Shown here: positions 26,923 through 30,088 of the stretch, piece by piece
Layout: each line of letters opens with the position of its first letter
Position numbering within the stretch: the first letter of the stretch is position 1
Origin: a virus
Taxonomy: Duplodnaviria; Caudoviricetes
Virus record (IMG/VR): IMGVR_UViG_3300038974_000049
Span: 1 to 30,088 of that record
Direction: 5' to 3' (one strand)
DNA: 30,088 bases
Made by a program: the position numbers and the translations under genes
The notes under the pieces: generated by a model
The model's input: only the letters and a program-made list of their open reading frames with translations
Databases searched by the model: none
Told to the model about the DNA's origin: nothing

Positions 26923-27380
26923 TAAAATGCACCTGGCCTCCATCCGCTTACTGTGCCCTGCTCAGGAGGGGCAAGAAACTGTTTGATTTCATTGTACTGC
27001 TGCCCTTTGTATTTGCCGGTGCCTTCTCTGATCCCCAGTTTGCAGCGCCCTCGTCCGTCGATTACGTGAGCCCAGTTCATGCGGAGCTTTTCACCGTGTT
27101 TGCGTTCGCCGATAGCTGTGAAGAATGCACACACAAGCCCCTCCGTTCTGGTGTGGAGGTAAAGGCGGTGATTTACTATTGTCTGTTTGTTGTCAGGAGC
27201 TGTGACAAGTATTTTCAGCTCAGCCATTGGGCACGCCGGCAATTTCGCGCCGCCGGCATATCGTTTGCGTTCAAACCCTGTTACGACAAAATCGTATTCT
27301 CCTTCGGGGAGTAATTCATACTGAGGGCCGTCGTTTTCTATAACATCGTCCCAGCCAAGTTCTCTTTCGATATCTGCCAT
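26922..27380 (-). CDS. DUF669-like protein, putative ssDNA-binding
   Basis: LLPEGEYDF.V, C-terminal NEIK.F...W.PG.F; sits between a Sak4-like ATPase and the helicase. Confidence 0.75.
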   Translation of the reverse strand: MADIERELGWDDVIENDGPQYELLPEGEYDFVVTGFERKRYAGGAKLPACPMAELKILVTAPDNKQTIVNHRLYLHTRTEGLVCAFFTAIGERKHGEKLRMNWAHVIDGRGRCKLGIREGTGKYKGQQYNEIKQFLAPPEQGTVSGWRPGAF

Positions 27381-27399
27381 TTTTAAGATCCTCCTTGTA

Positions 27400-28482
27400 T
27401 TAGTCGATTAAAGATTTTACTTGATCCCAGCATGCAATAAGGCAGCCGCTTATAAACTGTGGATCGTAATTGCTGATAGGTGTGTCTTCCGGGTAATACC
27501 CTCTCTTTGCAACAGCTTTGCGAAGCTGTTCTTCTGTCACGTTTTCCGCTGTCATGATGTCCCACAAGGATTTGGGAATACCCGGAGGGGCAGCCTGAGA
27601 AGCGGGGAACTGCTCAGGGATGTCGGTGTCCTCATTTGTGATCTCCGTGAACTGGGCATCCTCTACCGGCGGAGTTGTCTTTTCCGGTTCTGTATTTTTC
27701 ACAACAGAGGGGACAGGGGAGGCTTTGTCGATCTCGTCTTCGATAAGAGTAAAAATGTGCCCGATGCTCTCATAATCCATAGGCAAGTCATCAGGAAGAT
27801 TGAACCGATTCTTTGCGTCCCACCACGGCGTATGATTTGCGTGCATGAGGCGTTTACCTCCGACCGCCTTATTTTTGTCCATTGGGGTGTTGCCTGAAAT
27901 AACGATGGTTTTGTAATTGCAGAACAACACCATGTCGCCCCACTCCTTCACGAGCGCGGAGTCCTTCTTCTCAAGTTTCATTTCCCAATGATCATAAGCT
28001 CCGGTTTCTTCCGGCAACTCAATACGTTTCATTGTTGCGTGTGCGGTGCACACAACATGGATCCCGGCGGCGATGACTTCTGAAAGAGTGTTGAGCAGGC
28101 GCCCGAATTCTTCTTCGACGTATGTGTAGCCCTTGCCATAACCGAAGTCTTCGATACCATCCTTCTTGTACTTGCTGCATACATGGCTGATACAAAGAGT
28201 CTCAGCCCAATCGAGGGAGTCGATAACAAGCGTCTTTGCTGTAACGGCTCCGTCTCGGGCTGCGGCGACCATTTCAAGAAGCATAGTCCAACTGGTAGGA
28301 TTCACACCGCCATCGGGGCGGGTAATGCGGCGAATTCCATATCCCTTCGAACTTTCTTCCGTGTCAATAAAGATGGGATCGGGGAATTTGCTTGCCAGCG
28401 TGGTTTTCCCGATGCCCTCGGGACCGTAGATGATGCATTTCACAGGCGTATATATAGCGCCTTCTGTTACTCCGAATTTCAT
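27400..28482 (-). CDS. AAA_24 / Sak4-like ATPase (single-strand annealing)
   Basis: YGPEGIGKTT, LVIDSLDWAE, FGYGKGY, AKNRF; AAGGAG RBS supports the start at 28482. Confidence 0.88.
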   Translation of the reverse strand: MKFGVTEGAIYTPVKCIIYGPEGIGKTTLASKFPDPIFIDTEESSKGYGIRRITRPDGGVNPTSWTMLLEMVAAARDGAVTAKTLVIDSLDWAETLCISHVCSKYKKDGIEDFGYGKGYTYVEEEFGRLLNTLSEVIAAGIHVVCTAHATMKRIELPEETGAYDHWEMKLEKKDSALVKEWGDMVLFCNYKTIVISGNTPMDKNKAVGGKRLMHANHTPWWDAKNRFNLPDDLPMDYESIGHIFTLIEDEIDKASPVPSVVKNTEPEKTTPPVEDAQFTEITNEDTDIPEQFPASQAAPPGIPKSLWDIMTAENVTEEQLRKAVAKRGYYPEDTPISNYDPQFISGCLIACWDQVKSLID

Positions 28483-28484
28483 GA

Positions 28485-29753
28485 TTAAAACTCTCCTTCC
28501 TTCCATGTCTTTTGTAATGCTTTTTCAGCAATGTTCGGGCGAGAGTAGCCGTCTTCGATAATGATAGAACACTCATCACCGGAGCTGACTCTTGTCGCTA
28601 TGGCTTGCAGGTTTTCACTTATGAGCCATTCTCCGAAATCCTGCAGAGTGACTAAATCCATTTGTTCGAGTTTATCCAGAAGCACAAAGCCACAATCGGG
28701 ATTAAGCCGTCTCACGATGGCGGTCGCTGCTCTCAACTGCTCCGATCCGCTCATGTTGTCCCATTTCTGCCCGTTAAATGTGATCTCACCGTCAGACACC
28801 GACAGCCCGGGGAGGGGCATGTCCGCGCCATTAAGAAGCTCCATTCGTTGAGCGCGAACATCTTCAATTTTTGAGGCGAGCTCATCATACTGGTCTTTGA
28901 ATACCGCCGCCTCTTCTTCGGCTTTGGCTCTGTCCATATTCTGCCTGATTTTCACGTTCAGAGCATCGATGTTTTTCAGACTCTCTTCAAGTTCTGCCGT
29001 ACTCTCGTCGTGAAGATCCTCCGCATCTATTTCAGCGCGTGTAAGATCATTTCTGAGCTGGTCGATTTTTCGGTGCAATTCCTCGGCCTGAGACACAGCG
29101 GTTTTCAGGGCTATCTCCAATTCGTTTCTGTGTGCGCGAAGCCGGGCGTTCTCAGCATTCTTTGAAAGTATCTCCTGATGACGTTGTATCAACTCAGCGG
29201 CGCTTACAGGCTCTTTTGGGACGTTGTCCCAGTATGGGAGATCACGGGCATGCCCTTCTTTCTGCTTCGCAATGCGGCCAACGGAAAGCCTCTCATTGTA
29301 AAATCTCTGTTCCTGCAGATCGAGTTCTCTGAGCTGATCACCTATGCCAATGATCTGTAAAAGCGTTTGAGCTTTTTCCTTCGCTGTCTGATTCATGAAT
29401 TTGGGAAGATCAAGGGCGAAAGTTTCTACGAAGCTGTTGATGAGCTGCTGGCCGGCTTTTCTTCCCGATGGATCATAGATTTTAAGCGTCCCGTTTTTGC
29501 CCGATCGTTCCACCTCCAAGCCGTTTGACAAGGCTATTTTTATATTCGGTGGAATTACCGACCCGTCGCGGGTTGGAGCGCTTGGCCGGAAGCGATCACC
29601 GCCGAGAGCCCACGCTATTGCATCGAGGACAGACGTCTTCCCTTGATTATTGTTTCCCCCGATAACGGTAAGCCCGGAGGGGGATGGAGTGATCTGAACG
29701 GCTTTGACCCGTTTAAAGTTTTCGGCTTGCAATTCGGTTATTTTTACACTCAT
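28485..29753 (-). CDS. SMC/Rad50-like AAA ATPase with coiled coil
   Basis: ENFKRVK, GNNNQGKTS, long coiled coil, MSGSEQ signature, VLLDKLE; GGAGG RBS gives the start at 29753. Confidence 0.88.
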   Translation of the reverse strand: MSVKITELQAENFKRVKAVQITPSPSGLTVIGGNNNQGKTSVLDAIAWALGGDRFRPSAPTRDGSVIPPNIKIALSNGLEVERSGKNGTLKIYDPSGRKAGQQLINSFVETFALDLPKFMNQTAKEKAQTLLQIIGIGDQLRELDLQEQRFYNERLSVGRIAKQKEGHARDLPYWDNVPKEPVSAAELIQRHQEILSKNAENARLRAHRNELEIALKTAVSQAEELHRKIDQLRNDLTRAEIDAEDLHDESTAELEESLKNIDALNVKIRQNMDRAKAEEEAAVFKDQYDELASKIEDVRAQRMELLNGADMPLPGLSVSDGEITFNGQKWDNMSGSEQLRAATAIVRRLNPDCGFVLLDKLEQMDLVTLQDFGEWLISENLQAIATRVSSGDECSIIIEDGYSRPNIAEKALQKTWKEGEF

Positions 29754-29772
29754 TATGTACCTCCATTCTTGT

Positions 29773-30045
29773 TTAGCTGTTACGCATAAGCGCAACGTAC
29801 TTACCATACGTCAGACCTTTCATTCGCGCCTCACCGTTTATACGGGCTATGGCGCTTGTAGATCTTCTCGCTCGTGCGGTATGTCGTGCGAGTTTTACCT
29901 CTAAGGTTGCGTCGTGAGAATTCTGTCTGTTCCGCTCCTTTCGTATGATCTCTTTACACTTTGAGCAGTATTTCGCCTGTGAGTGCCTTGTTGCCGTCTG
30001 TCCGCATCGTTGGCAAACGATTTCAACGATCTGGGTTTTTGCCAT
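29773..30045 (-). CDS. Hypothetical Zn-finger protein
   Basis: CQRCG...KYCSKC; C-terminal AR.KGLTYGKYVA; GGAG RBS. Confidence 0.7.
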   Translation of the reverse strand: MAKTQIVEIVCQRCGQTATRHSQAKYCSKCKEIIRKERNRQNSHDATLEVKLARHTARARRSTSAIARINGEARMKGLTYGKYVALMRNS

Positions 30046-30088
30046 TATTCCGATCTCCGTTTCTGCAATTCCAAAGCCTTTCGGATTC

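Larger units (their letters stand above)
1988..30088 (-). mobile_element. Prophage / temperate siphovirus, replication through lysis modules; boundaries not defined in this window and may include 1-1900
   Basis: About 30 co-oriented, tightly packed genes in canonical order: replication, packaging, head, tail, lysis. Confidence 0.95.

Noticed and set aside
680-29904. Remaining plus-strand ORFs and short nested minus-strand ORFs in the track
   Set aside because: They overlap well-supported minus-strand phage genes and lack motifs. Only 21734-21940 has a strong RBS, and it is discussed under findings.
30045-30088. 3' end of an upstream gene (...IRKALELQKRRSE*) coupled by TAATG
   Set aside because: Too short to assign.

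Overview
Almost the whole window (~1.9-30.1 kb) is one minus-strand prophage or temperate siphovirus segment of Firmicutes (Clostridia-like) type. Read right to left it contains: replication/recombination genes (Zn-finger ORF, SMC-like AAA ATPase, Sak4/AAA_24-like ATPase, DUF669 SSB-like, SF2 helicase, primase-AAA_25, iteron-rich origin), RusA, a MazG-like gene, an ArpU/RinA-like late activator, terminase, portal, A118-like head, neck and tail genes, tape measure, Dit, a Gp37-like hub, a tail fibre, a metallophosphoesterase-Ig protein, and a lysis cassette. Downstream of lysis lie an atypical tRNA-Gln(UUG) and an AT-rich three-gene cassette with its own promoter: a TIGR04255-like gene, a 69-aa peptide, and a PemK/MazF-like ORF that the ORF track missed because it runs off the left edge. 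Best candidates for new biology: (i) a tail fibre with two dockerin domains, suggesting cohesin/cellulosome binding; (ii) the three-gene cassette, a possible toxin-antitoxin-chaperone-like defence system; (iii) a late-leader RNA complementary to a generic SD+ATG+Lys-Lys start region, with a degenerate second copy behind the tRNA. All family assignments come from motif recognition and synteny by eye; no database searches were run. No integrase, repressor or att site is visible in this window.
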